From the NCBI GenBank assembly GCA_016935985.1, contig JAFGPW010000006.1:89047-153046 (forward strand): a stretch of 64,000 bases of DNA, in the 5' to 3' direction. Positions 55,868-64,000 of the stretch are shown piece by piece. Below the pieces are notes generated by a model. It saw only the letters and a list, made by a program, of their open reading frames with translations, was not told where the DNA came from and made no database searches. The stretch's first letter is position 1. The number at the start of each line of letters is the position of its first letter. The translations under genes and the position numbers were made by a program. The stretch comes from Candidatus Woesearchaeota archaeon (GTDB lineage: Archaea > Nanobdellota > Nanobdellia > Woesearchaeales > JAFGPW01).

Positions 55868-55891
55868 TGGGGAGGGAAAGAGGTACGCCAC

Positions 55892-57316
55892 GTGGTCAAG
55901 CTCTCAGATTACGGATTCAAGGAAGAGAAGATGGAGATCACGCGGGGCCAGCCGCCGATCCCCACCGGCTTCCCGGCGACGAAGAAGCGGGAATGGCTGA
56001 TCTTCGAGTCGGTCAACCAGTCGATGGAAGAAGTCTACTACTGGGTGCTCGAGCACCTCAGGATCGACCAGTCCTGCATCGTCGAGGACAAGATAAGCGA
56101 CGTGTTCGCAGCGAGCGAGCATTCCGCGTTCTTCGGCGTCGCCCAGCAGCGGATCGGCCTCCAGCAGGACAAGGTCTCCCAGTTCCTCGCGACCATCGGC
56201 AAGATGGTGAAAGAGCTCTTCCAGCTCGTCCGCGAGCTCCGCATCCTCGACGAGCGCCTCTCCTACTACAAGGACTCGTATTCAGGCAGCAAGAGCGCGC
56301 TGTCGGCGGAAGTGACGCTCAAGGGGATCTGGATCGACATGGTCGAGCAGGGCGCGAAGAACCCGGCGAGCGTCTACGGCATGGCGCGTGACCTGCAGTT
56401 CGTGACCCTTCCTGACCTCTTCTTCAGCGCGCCGCCGATGCGCAAGAGCGATGTGGACGGCCATGTCATGAGGCTCGACTTCAACCGCAAGGTGAAAGAG
56501 GTGCTCTCGCGCAAGCTCCGCACCTTCATCGAGTGGAAGGAGGCGACCTATAAGGAGCTCAAGACGAAGAGGCTTTTCACCGTCAAGTACCTCAAGCAGC
56601 ACTACGACATCATCAAGATGTACATGTCCTGGGTAAAGCCGTACCTGCGGAACCTCCGCCGGCTCGGGCTTTCTGAGAGGCACATGAACAGCCCCGACCT
56701 CGTGGGCGCCTTCGAGTCCTCGGCAATCGAGGTCGAGTTCCTGGCGAAGAAGATCGCGAAGGAGGGGAGCAAGGTCTGGGGGGTCATCATCGCCCACTTC
56801 AAGTACCGGACCATGCCCCAGATGAGCTTCCAGCGCGAGGGCTACCAGCGCGGGCCGCTCCATATGGGCCATGCCGAGTTCGTGCTGCGCGCGTATGCCT
56901 GGACCGAGGAGGAGATCACGAGGTACAAGGAGTACCGCGATGCCGAGGACATGGAGATCCTCGGCTCTATCGACGCGAGCGTGAAGGCCGCGATGGAGGC
57001 GCTGGGGGACGAGCTGCAGAAGTACCTCGCCGAGGCCGAAGGGAAGGTGTACTCGCCGCCCACCACGGCGAAGAGGAGCGCCGCCGAGGCTGCGATATCG
57101 GCAGCAGACCCCTTCCTCGGCATCTTCCGCGGATTCGGCGACATGTTCTCAGCCCTGACCTCGATACGGTTCTCCGGGGACGGCAAGGGAAAGCCCACCG
57201 CGAGCAGCATGTACAAGGAGGACTCGGACAGGAAGACCGCGTATTCCTCTGTAGAGCGCTCCGCCTGGCTCTGCTACAAGAATTTCAAGAAGGCCCACCG
57301 GATGCTCACCTGGTGA
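55892..57316 (+). CDS. Large hypothetical protein (474 aa), mostly alpha-helical
   Basis: Coding-like composition, no nucleotide-binding or catalytic motifs recognised. Confidence 0.45.
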   Translation: MVKLSDYGFKEEKMEITRGQPPIPTGFPATKKREWLIFESVNQSMEEVYYWVLEHLRIDQSCIVEDKISDVFAASEHSAFFGVAQQRIGLQQDKVSQFLATIGKMVKELFQLVRELRILDERLSYYKDSYSGSKSALSAEVTLKGIWIDMVEQGAKNPASVYGMARDLQFVTLPDLFFSAPPMRKSDVDGHVMRLDFNRKVKEVLSRKLRTFIEWKEATYKELKTKRLFTVKYLKQHYDIIKMYMSWVKPYLRNLRRLGLSERHMNSPDLVGAFESSAIEVEFLAKKIAKEGSKVWGVIIAHFKYRTMPQMSFQREGYQRGPLHMGHAEFVLRAYAWTEEEITRYKEYRDAEDMEILGSIDASVKAAMEALGDELQKYLAEAEGKVYSPPTTAKRSAAEAAISAADPFLGIFRGFGDMFSALTSIRFSGDGKGKPTASSMYKEDSDRKTAYSSVERSAWLCYKNFKKAHRMLTW

Positions 57317-57320
57317 GCGT

Positions 57321-57659
57321 TCAGTTGCGCCGTGCGTTCTGGTGGGGGATACCCCGGACAGGACGGTAGACCGTATCGCCGAAGTACTGCTTGGAGAAGA
57401 GGGCTTTGCTCCCTGACTCGAGTATCACCCTGAAGAAGGTGCCGTTCGGCGTCCCGAGCTTGCTATGATACTGTAACCGGTTGTCAGGCAGCCCCAATTC
57501 CTTCATCTTGCGAAGGTCCATCACCAGGTAGTCGCCTCGCGTGATGTTGTCGATGCTCAGCGGTTCTACCCCTATGACGACCTTTGCCAGCGGCTCGTCA
57601 TTCCGAATCTCTGTATCGTTGAGCTTTATCGGGTACGTGTTCTTGAATTGGGAAACCAT
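57321..57659 (-). CDS. Small hypothetical protein (112 aa)
   Basis: AT-richer ORF convergent with the 474-aa gene. Confidence 0.35.
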   Translation of the reverse strand: MVSQFKNTYPIKLNDTEIRNDEPLAKVVIGVEPLSIDNITRGDYLVMDLRKMKELGLPDNRLQYHSKLGTPNGTFFRVILESGSKALFSKQYFGDTVYRPVRGIPHQNARRN

Positions 57660-57780
57660 CTGCTTTCACCTCAGGGGATTGATCCCGACACATCTGAATG
57701 GCATCCTCTATATAAACCTTTCCATTTTATAGTCCCTTTATAGTGGTAACAACAGAAAATATAAATAGCAAGTTCCCTCC

Positions 57781-58356
57781 GTGGCGGCTGGGATGGCCGA
57801 TTTCGACGCGAAGAGCCTAGAGAAGCTGTCGCCTGCGGAGCGGATAGCGAAGCTCAAGGATCTCGAGAAGACCCGGAAGGAGGAGCAGGAGGAGATAGCA
57901 AGGCTACTCAAGAAGAGCGAGGAGGAGCGCCGGCGCCAGATCGAGGAGATGCTCGACGATGTCGAGGTGCCAGACGAGGTCGATCTGGAGAGCAGGTTCA
58001 GGCCTGACGATGAGGAGAGCCTGGATGCCCAGGTCGAGACGGAGGCGCCTGAGGCGGAGGAAGAGCATGCCATCCATTCCCGATATCAGACCTTCCTCGC
58101 CAGGCAGGCCTTCGATGATCTCTACTCGAACATCGTCGGCATGGCGAGCGAGGCGAGCGAGGCAGGCTACACAACGCCTGACATGATGGGCCGGGCGGTC
58201 GACATGGCCTATGCCATCCGCCAGAAGCAGGATGACATCGCCCGCGGCGCATACAACTCCCAGAAGCTGCTCGACGAGCAGATGGATGCGGCGAAGAGGA
58301 TCCTCGACATGGTCATGGGGATGTACAAGCCGGAACGTCGGGTCGGCCCCTACTGA
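57781..58356 (+). CDS. Acidic coiled-coil hypothetical protein (191 aa)
   Basis: Highly charged N-terminal helix (KLKDLEKTRKEEQEEIARLLKKSEEERRRQIEEM) and acidic linker; TATA (aatataaatagc) upstream. Confidence 0.4.
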   Translation: MAAGMADFDAKSLEKLSPAERIAKLKDLEKTRKEEQEEIARLLKKSEEERRRQIEEMLDDVEVPDEVDLESRFRPDDEESLDAQVETEAPEAEEEHAIHSRYQTFLARQAFDDLYSNIVGMASEASEAGYTTPDMMGRAVDMAYAIRQKQDDIARGAYNSQKLLDEQMDAAKRILDMVMGMYKPERRVGPY

Positions 58357-58437
58357 ACACACACTGATGAATAAATAACCACTTTATAGTAAGGAAGTAA
58401 AGCAATATTTAAATACCACCAGCCGCTCACCCCACGC

Positions 58438-60489
58438 ATGACGACAGCGACAGCCGTCTATCAGACAGAAGTCGTCGGTCGGGCACGGGAGCTCAACCAG
58501 GGCCTGGACAGAATCTCCATCCTCCTGAGGCCCTACTCCCAGGACCACCTCGATCTCGCCCGCCGTATCAGCGCGCTCACCACAGGACTCTACGACGCGA
58601 TCGGCGCTTCGCTCGATACGCTGCATACCGACCTCGCCGGCTTCGCCACCATCCCGAAGACCTCGATCGCCATCGCCGGCGAGCACCTGCTCGCATCCCA
58701 CCGGGTGTTCGAGGACCGCAGGGGAGAATGGCAGCGGAAGACCGGCTATCCCCCCCTCAGTTACCTCAACCGTTCTGACAAGCTCGTCAGCGACACCCTC
58801 CTCGCCGTAGGCTACAAGCTCGGCGCGGCCATCAAGAGACACTATTCGTTCCACCACATCCATGCTATAGCCCGCGACATCACCAAGCCATTCTGGGACG
58901 GGAAGAAGGTCAGCGTGACAGATGACACCTTCATCCCGCTCATGCTGCAGGGATATCATCTCCTCTCCGAAGCCGACGAGCGCCTGCAGGCGCATCTCGC
59001 GCATGAGCACACGGAGACTATCGCGACCGACGCGATAGTCGCTGCCGCCGGGAAGCGCCTCGGCACCGCGATCGACCGCATATTCCAGGAATTCCATCGT
59101 CGGAACGGGAATAAGCTCAGGGAAGAGATCGAGAGTATCGATCGCAAGATCGACACGAACCTCGAGCGGCTCGGCCACCCGCAATATCTCATGCATGGCT
59201 TTCCTGAACCCGGCGTCGGCGACGAGCTCGTCGCCTTCTGGCTCAGGCTCATCACGACCCGGCAGCTCCTCGACTGCTATCGGAAGGGGGAGCAGTCCTC
59301 CGAGAGGTATGCGACGATTATCGAGAAGGGGGATCGGGCTCTCGACCGCCACGCCCAGACCGGGATCGCAGCAGGCCTGCTCGCCGGTCTCCAGGAGACG
59401 GGCAAGGAGATCGACGCCATGATCGCGCATGACAGGGGGCATATCGATGACATCATCACCTATGGCACCGGCCAGCTCGACATCGGCAAGCGTCTCGAGC
59501 AGGCCGAGGAGACAGTCAGGTACTTCGCGCGCCAGGAACGCCAGGACCGGCTCGCCGTCCCACGGCCCTTCTTCAGGACCATCAAGCGGCTCTATGACGG
59601 CGTGCAGGCGAGATTCGGACCGTGGAAAGAGCTCCATCATCTCAAGACCGACCTCTATGTCATGGACGAGATGCTCCATTCCGAAGACAAGGACATCACG
59701 GTGAATTTCAAGAACGCCTCGAGCGTCGAGTACTTCACCGCGCTCCTCGGCAACGCGCGGCACCGGATCACGCGCCACCTCAGGAGAGAGAGCGCCGGCA
59801 ATCCGCCGAGCTATCTGTCCAGGGAGGCGATCGGCGCGCTCTCACGAAAGCTCTCCCGAATCGGCTCCGATTTCAGGAAGGGCCTCGCTGACGCGGAAGG
59901 CCGATCGCTCCCCGAGTGGATTGAAGGGCTCCCGATGACCCAGCAGCGGAAGAGCAGGCGCAGGCGCCGCACGCCCGAAATCGAGGATAAGACCAAGAAG
60001 CGGGGATGGTGGAAGTACGCAGCGGTCGCCGCCGGGGCGCTGGGAATCGGCCTGCTCGCGACATGGTACTCGATGAAGCCGGTAACGGTTCCGCAGCAGG
60101 AGCCTGCCACCGCACCGGCCGCATCGAAGAGCGCCGATGTGGAGCGCCACTGGCTCGCGTCGATGGTGGGGGAGACCTTCACCGCGGAGATGACCCCTGC
60201 CGACCGGAACTTCACCCTCTTCGCGCGCAGGATCGGCATCCCGCGAGATCTCGAGCAGCGGTTCGTCCTCGACCTCCAGAAGCGGAACGGCTGGAAGGCG
60301 ATACCCGGGAAGAACGACTGGTGCTCGGGGATCGAGGGCAGGGTCGTCGGAACGAGGGAGGATCCGCGATCCGACGGCGCGATCGACGACATCGGCATCG
60401 TGCCTGCCGACAGGAAGGTCTTCCTGCCGCAGGGGTACTGGCGGCTCTATGATTATTCGGCGGTCACGAGCACGCTCACCATCCGCTGA
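58438..60489 (+). CDS. Large hypothetical protein (683 aa) with single TM helix near residue 520
   Basis: ~510-aa N-terminal soluble region, basic stretch KSRRRRRTPEIEDKTKKRGWW, TM helix YAAVAAGALGIGLLATWY, ~165-aa C-terminal domain; TATA (aatatttaaatacc) upstream. Confidence 0.45.
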   Translation: MTTATAVYQTEVVGRARELNQGLDRISILLRPYSQDHLDLARRISALTTGLYDAIGASLDTLHTDLAGFATIPKTSIAIAGEHLLASHRVFEDRRGEWQRKTGYPPLSYLNRSDKLVSDTLLAVGYKLGAAIKRHYSFHHIHAIARDITKPFWDGKKVSVTDDTFIPLMLQGYHLLSEADERLQAHLAHEHTETIATDAIVAAAGKRLGTAIDRIFQEFHRRNGNKLREEIESIDRKIDTNLERLGHPQYLMHGFPEPGVGDELVAFWLRLITTRQLLDCYRKGEQSSERYATIIEKGDRALDRHAQTGIAAGLLAGLQETGKEIDAMIAHDRGHIDDIITYGTGQLDIGKRLEQAEETVRYFARQERQDRLAVPRPFFRTIKRLYDGVQARFGPWKELHHLKTDLYVMDEMLHSEDKDITVNFKNASSVEYFTALLGNARHRITRHLRRESAGNPPSYLSREAIGALSRKLSRIGSDFRKGLADAEGRSLPEWIEGLPMTQQRKSRRRRRTPEIEDKTKKRGWWKYAAVAAGALGIGLLATWYSMKPVTVPQQEPATAPAASKSADVERHWLASMVGETFTAEMTPADRNFTLFARRIGIPRDLEQRFVLDLQKRNGWKAIPGKNDWCSGIEGRVVGTREDPRSDGAIDDIGIVPADRKVFLPQGYWRLYDYSAVTSTLTIR

Positions 60490-60526
60490 TTCAGGTATAC
60501 CACTTCTTAGTATACACATTTGTATA

Positions 60527-60566
60527 CAAAGGTATATAAATAGTAAAGTATATAAACTAGCGATGC
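60527..60566 (+). promoter_or_regulatory. Strongly AT-rich promoter region (ggtatataaatagtaaagtatataaac) upstream of the 756-aa gene
   Basis: Tandem TATA-like elements ~35-70 nt upstream of ATG 60600. Confidence 0.45.
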
Positions 60567-60599
60567 CCTAGACCCTGATGCAGCTAGAGGAATGATCCT

Positions 60600-62870
60600 A
60601 TGGCATTCGGCGAATATTATTCCACCATGGACCGCGGGTATGCGAGCGTCGCCCCGCCGAACACGCTCGCCGACCTGCCGGAGATGAACAGCGAGTTCTC
60701 CCCACTCTCAGCCAACCCAGGCGACCCCTCGCCGGACATCTCGGAGGACATGATCCCGGCACCTGCCCCTATCGACACGTCATGGAGCGATCCTGACCGG
60801 ATAGGACCCTTCCGGCCTGACTTCGAGTCCCAGTCGAGCGGCGACCCTGCCGCACGGGTCGGCATGAAGGAAGTCGGCGTCTCGGTGACCGAAGGCAACA
60901 GGTTCGGCAGCTTCCTGCAGACAGTCACCTCGGCGATCCGTCTGGGCGGTTCGGCGATCGAGCTCCAGCCCCAGCTCGGAGGCGGCGCCGAGGCGACCGG
61001 CGTCGAGAGCTACGGCATCGAGGCGAGGAAGGCGCTGCGCGACCTCGCGCGCGTGAACCAGGTCAAGCTCACGACTGTCCACACGCCGAGCCAGATAGGC
61101 AACCTCTCCGGCTTCAACCCCCAGCATGGCTTCTCCGACGACCAGCGGCTCGCGAGCATCGAGGAGGTCAGGAAGGCGATCGACTTCGCGGCAGACGTCA
61201 CCGGCGGCGGGCCGGTGGTCGTGCACACCGGCGAGTACCAGCGGCCGATCTCCGAGCAGGAGTGGGCGAAGAACCCGGACGGCAGCTACCGGTTCCTCGG
61301 CTATGCGGAAGAGCCGGGGCGCGCCATCACCTACATGGTGGATGACCGCACCGGCCGCATCATCTCCGACGTGCGCAAGAGCCAGATCATCCGCGAGCCG
61401 GTCTACAAGGAGGCAGACCATGATTACACAGACAAGAACGGCAAGAAGGTTTTCAAGGGCGACTGGATCGACAAGGACGGCAACTACATCGACCCGGCGA
61501 ACCCCGACGACCTCTTCAGCCGGATCCCCCGATGGGATTCCGACAAGACGAGGTTCCAGACGCGAAAGCTCTCCTGGACCGAGATCCAGGAGCGGGCGGA
61601 CAAGTTCAACCGACGTCATCCCGGAGAGAACATAACCCCCGAGGAGATGGCGTTCCGCATCCAGATGGAGACCCAGATGCTGCAGTACCGCGGCTCGTCC
61701 CTCTACCACGGCAGGTTCTACGACCAGGTCAAGGACCGGAGGGAAAAGTACCTCGAGGCCCTGGACTGGTGGACGAAGTTCGAGGGGGCGATCCCGAAGG
61801 AGAAGCTCGACGAGGTGAAGGTGATCGCCGACGACGCGTCCCGCTACCTCGGCGCCCAACATATCGTCGCCTATGACAAGAAGCTCCCGACCCAGCTCCT
61901 CCAGGACGCGATCAAGCAGGCGAACCAGGAGATGCAGTACACGCACGAGGCGAGCGCGTCGGCCGACGCGCAGGCCGACACCATCCAGGACACGCTCGAC
62001 CACGTGAAGCCGATCTCGCAGTACGCGATAGAGCAGTCGCTCAAGAGCTATGCGGAGGCCGGCATCCATGCGATGCTCCAGACCAAGCACAACAAGAACG
62101 TCACGCGCGACATCTTCGTCGCGCCTGAGAACATCTTCCCCGAGACGGGCTACGGCTCGCATCCCGAGGAGCTCATCGAGCTCGTCGAAAAATCCCGCGA
62201 GCGGATGGTCGACTACCTGACCAGCCCAAAGGTCGAGGACCCGACCGCGCAGCGCGACAAGGACGGCAACCTCAAGAAGGTGAAGAACCCCTATTACATG
62301 CCGGGGGTCAGCAAGGAGCAGGCGAAGCGCGAGGCGGAGAAGCATATCAAGGCCACGTTCGACACCCAGCATCTCGGCATGTGGCGCAAGCACTTCCAGC
62401 CGCAGTACAATAAGGGCGAGGGCCGGATGGAGACCAAGCAGGAGACCGACAAGCGTTTCAGGGGATGGTACATGGACCAGATCGGGAAGATGCAGAAGCG
62501 GGGCGTGCTCGGCCACCTGCATCTCGTCGACTCCATGGGCACCGGCCATACCCACCTGCCGATCGGCCAGGGCATGAACCCGGCGATCGAAGCGGTGGAG
62601 TACCTCAAGAAGAAAGGATTTTCCGGCACCATCACCTCAGAGGGGTTCGCCGAGGAGCAGCACCAGCCCGGCCGGCAGTTCACCGAGGTCCTCAACGCCT
62701 TCGGCAGCCCGATCTATTCGAGCGGCTTCTTCGGCCCGGCCCCCGGCATGGCCAGATGGACCGACATCGAGGACAGCTATTTCAGGCAGATGCAGACCCC
62801 CTACTTCATCTTCGGCTCCTACTCACCGTCGAACGACTGGACGCTCTGGAGCCAGGTCCCGCTCGAATGA
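60600..62870 (+). CDS. Xylose-isomerase-like TIM-barrel (sugar phosphate isomerase/epimerase, AP endonuclease 2 family) protein with ~90-aa disordered N-terminus and a ~300-400-aa insertion
   Basis: N-terminal half: AIELQPQLGG...VKLTTVHTP...AADVTGGGPVVVHTGEY. C-terminal half: GHLHLVDSMGTGHTHLPIGQGMNPAIEAVEYLKKKGFSGTITSE. Several hundred residues of K/E/D-rich sequence lie between. Confidence 0.5.
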   Translation: MAFGEYYSTMDRGYASVAPPNTLADLPEMNSEFSPLSANPGDPSPDISEDMIPAPAPIDTSWSDPDRIGPFRPDFESQSSGDPAARVGMKEVGVSVTEGNRFGSFLQTVTSAIRLGGSAIELQPQLGGGAEATGVESYGIEARKALRDLARVNQVKLTTVHTPSQIGNLSGFNPQHGFSDDQRLASIEEVRKAIDFAADVTGGGPVVVHTGEYQRPISEQEWAKNPDGSYRFLGYAEEPGRAITYMVDDRTGRIISDVRKSQIIREPVYKEADHDYTDKNGKKVFKGDWIDKDGNYIDPANPDDLFSRIPRWDSDKTRFQTRKLSWTEIQERADKFNRRHPGENITPEEMAFRIQMETQMLQYRGSSLYHGRFYDQVKDRREKYLEALDWWTKFEGAIPKEKLDEVKVIADDASRYLGAQHIVAYDKKLPTQLLQDAIKQANQEMQYTHEASASADAQADTIQDTLDHVKPISQYAIEQSLKSYAEAGIHAMLQTKHNKNVTRDIFVAPENIFPETGYGSHPEELIELVEKSRERMVDYLTSPKVEDPTAQRDKDGNLKKVKNPYYMPGVSKEQAKREAEKHIKATFDTQHLGMWRKHFQPQYNKGEGRMETKQETDKRFRGWYMDQIGKMQKRGVLGHLHLVDSMGTGHTHLPIGQGMNPAIEAVEYLKKKGFSGTITSEGFAEEQHQPGRQFTEVLNAFGSPIYSSGFFGPAPGMARWTDIEDSYFRQMQTPYFIFGSYSPSNDWTLWSQVPLE

Positions 62871-62943
62871 TGCCGCGGAGGGGGGCGCAGGGGCGGGGAA
62901 CCGGTCGGAACATTTATATTGTCAGGAGGGCCTCCAACCGCCC

Positions 62944-63531
62944 ATGGGGGATACGGTGGACGGCCGGTTCAAGCGGTACAAGCTCATCGAGGCCGCGTAT
63001 GACGACTATGAGCGAGAGATGATCGACCAGGGCGTCTATCCCATGCGGGAGACCGACCTCGGTTTCTGGGGCACCTCCACCATCGGCAACATCTACGAGC
63101 TCTTCATCAAGATACGGCTGCAGGACTGCCGCAGCTTCGTGGATCTGGGCAGCGGCGACGGCAGGGTCGCGAACCTCGCGAGCGTCTTCACGAGTTCGAC
63201 GGGGATCGAGTATGACAAGCCCCTCTTCGAGCGGAGCCTCGCCTTCAAGCGGCAGCTGGGCCTCTCGACCGAGTTCGTCAGGGACGATTTCCTCTCGGTC
63301 GACCTCTCCGGCTACGACGTCGCTTTCATCTACCCTGACAAGCGGTTCACCCTGCGCTTCGAGAACAAGCTGGAGCGCGAGTTCACAGGGAGGCTCTTCG
63401 TCTATACCAGCGTCTTCCACCCCTCATGCCTCGTGAAGGGGAGGACCTACTGGGTGAACCAGACGCCGGTGCTCTCCTTCACCGCGAGGGGCCAGTGGCT
63501 GCTGCGGCAGGAGAAGGGCAAAGGCGGATAG
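62944..63531 (+). CDS. Class I SAM-dependent methyltransferase-like protein
   Basis: Motif I FVDLGSGDGRVANLA and post-I acidic residue; 195 aa. Confidence 0.5.
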   Translation: MGDTVDGRFKRYKLIEAAYDDYEREMIDQGVYPMRETDLGFWGTSTIGNIYELFIKIRLQDCRSFVDLGSGDGRVANLASVFTSSTGIEYDKPLFERSLAFKRQLGLSTEFVRDDFLSVDLSGYDVAFIYPDKRFTLRFENKLEREFTGRLFVYTSVFHPSCLVKGRTYWVNQTPVLSFTARGQWLLRQEKGKGG

Positions 63532-63589
63532 GCAGGGCAGGCCGCACGGCCCGTGATCCAGCCCGACTCACGCATGATTCGTTCAGGGA

Positions 63590-63979
63590 TTAGGTGATGT
63601 CCTTCGCCCTTATCGAGAGGAAGTCCGCCTGCGACTCGAGCGTGATCTCGAGGTCGTAGTCGAAGTTCGCCGAGTCCACGCTGTAGATGACGGACACGTA
63701 GTCGGCGTTCGTCTGGTTGGTCGCCGGGAACATCGCGCTCGTCACGACGCCCTCGCTGTTCGCAGGGTCAGACGGGTCGCCGATCGCGAAGTCGAAGGTG
63801 CCGTTCACCGACGCGTTCGTCTCCTTGAGGAAGATCCATTCCACGATGTCGGAGAGGTTGATGGACTGGTTGCCGAACCTGTTCAGCCGCACCCGTATGC
63901 GGGAGTTCTCGAGGATGTAGTGGGAGCCGTGCTCGTAGGAGTTGACATCCACGTTGGAGGAGATGACGAGGTTGCCCAT
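63590..63979 (-). CDS. Hypothetical protein (possibly 5'-truncated by window edge)
   Basis: Coding-like ORF; Asn/Ser/Thr-rich, beta-strand-like. Confidence 0.3.
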   Translation of the reverse strand: MGNLVISSNVDVNSYEHGSHYILENSRIRVRLNRFGNQSINLSDIVEWIFLKETNASVNGTFDFAIGDPSDPANSEGVVTSAMFPATNQTNADYVSVIYSVDSANFDYDLEITLESQADFLSIRAKDIT

Positions 63980-64000
63980 GCGTATCTTGGTCCGCGGCTC

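Noticed and set aside
58384-59778. 464-aa minus ORF
   Set aside because: Antisense to the 683-aa hypothetical, which is AT-richer with balanced composition.
60780-62555. 591-aa minus ORF
   Set aside because: Antisense to the TIM-barrel-like gene.

Overview
The window is high-GC, gene-dense archaeal chromosomal DNA. The evidence is AT-rich TATA-box promoters 20-40 nt upstream of ATG (often leaderless), archaeal/eukaryal-type informational genes (aIF2-gamma, ribosomal proteins S6e and L10e, NOG1-like GTPase, a Bud32/RIO-like kinase, family-B DNA polymerase, Mtq2-type methyltransferase, Taw3), ATGA stop/start overlaps, and strongly GC3-biased codon usage. No rRNA, tRNA or CRISPR array was recognised. 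Many long ORFs in the six-frame track are antisense or frame-shifted shadows of real high-GC genes and were discarded.

The window runs in order through: a housekeeping block (ileS, PFK-A, TIM, GDH, thioredoxin/thioredoxin reductase, rpS6e-aIF2g, rpL10e); a catalytically inactivated PolB paralogue; an Lrp + AlaE-like exporter pair; a cluster of two paralogous pilin-like/signal-anchored proteins flanking an internally duplicated Cys-rich lipoprotein; a copper operon (copA, an HMA-permease-cupredoxin fusion, copZ and a membrane-anchored wHTH regulator); two CARDB-like surface proteins; an Epd/Tad-like type IV filament assembly module (FlaI/TadA-like ATPase plus two split TadB/TadC-like platform proteins, the first with a ~420-aa Pro-rich N-terminal extension); and, at the 3' end, a neighbourhood of large hypothetical proteins, one of which looks like a xylose-isomerase-like TIM barrel split by a long insertion.

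The most likely candidates for an undescribed system are: the hypothetical neighbourhood at 55.9-63.5 kb; the pilin-like/Cys-rich lipoprotein cluster (23.2-26.1 kb), possibly served by the Epd/Tad-like machinery (46.8-51.7 kb); and the copper operon with its membrane-embedded sensor-regulator. Further unusual items are a kinase-like::Ogt C-domain fusion at the 5' edge, a Memo::AMMECR1 fusion with a Zn-ribbon partner, a PEP-utilizers swivel domain on an unknown N-terminal domain, and an LMW-phosphatase-like ORF with no canonical start.
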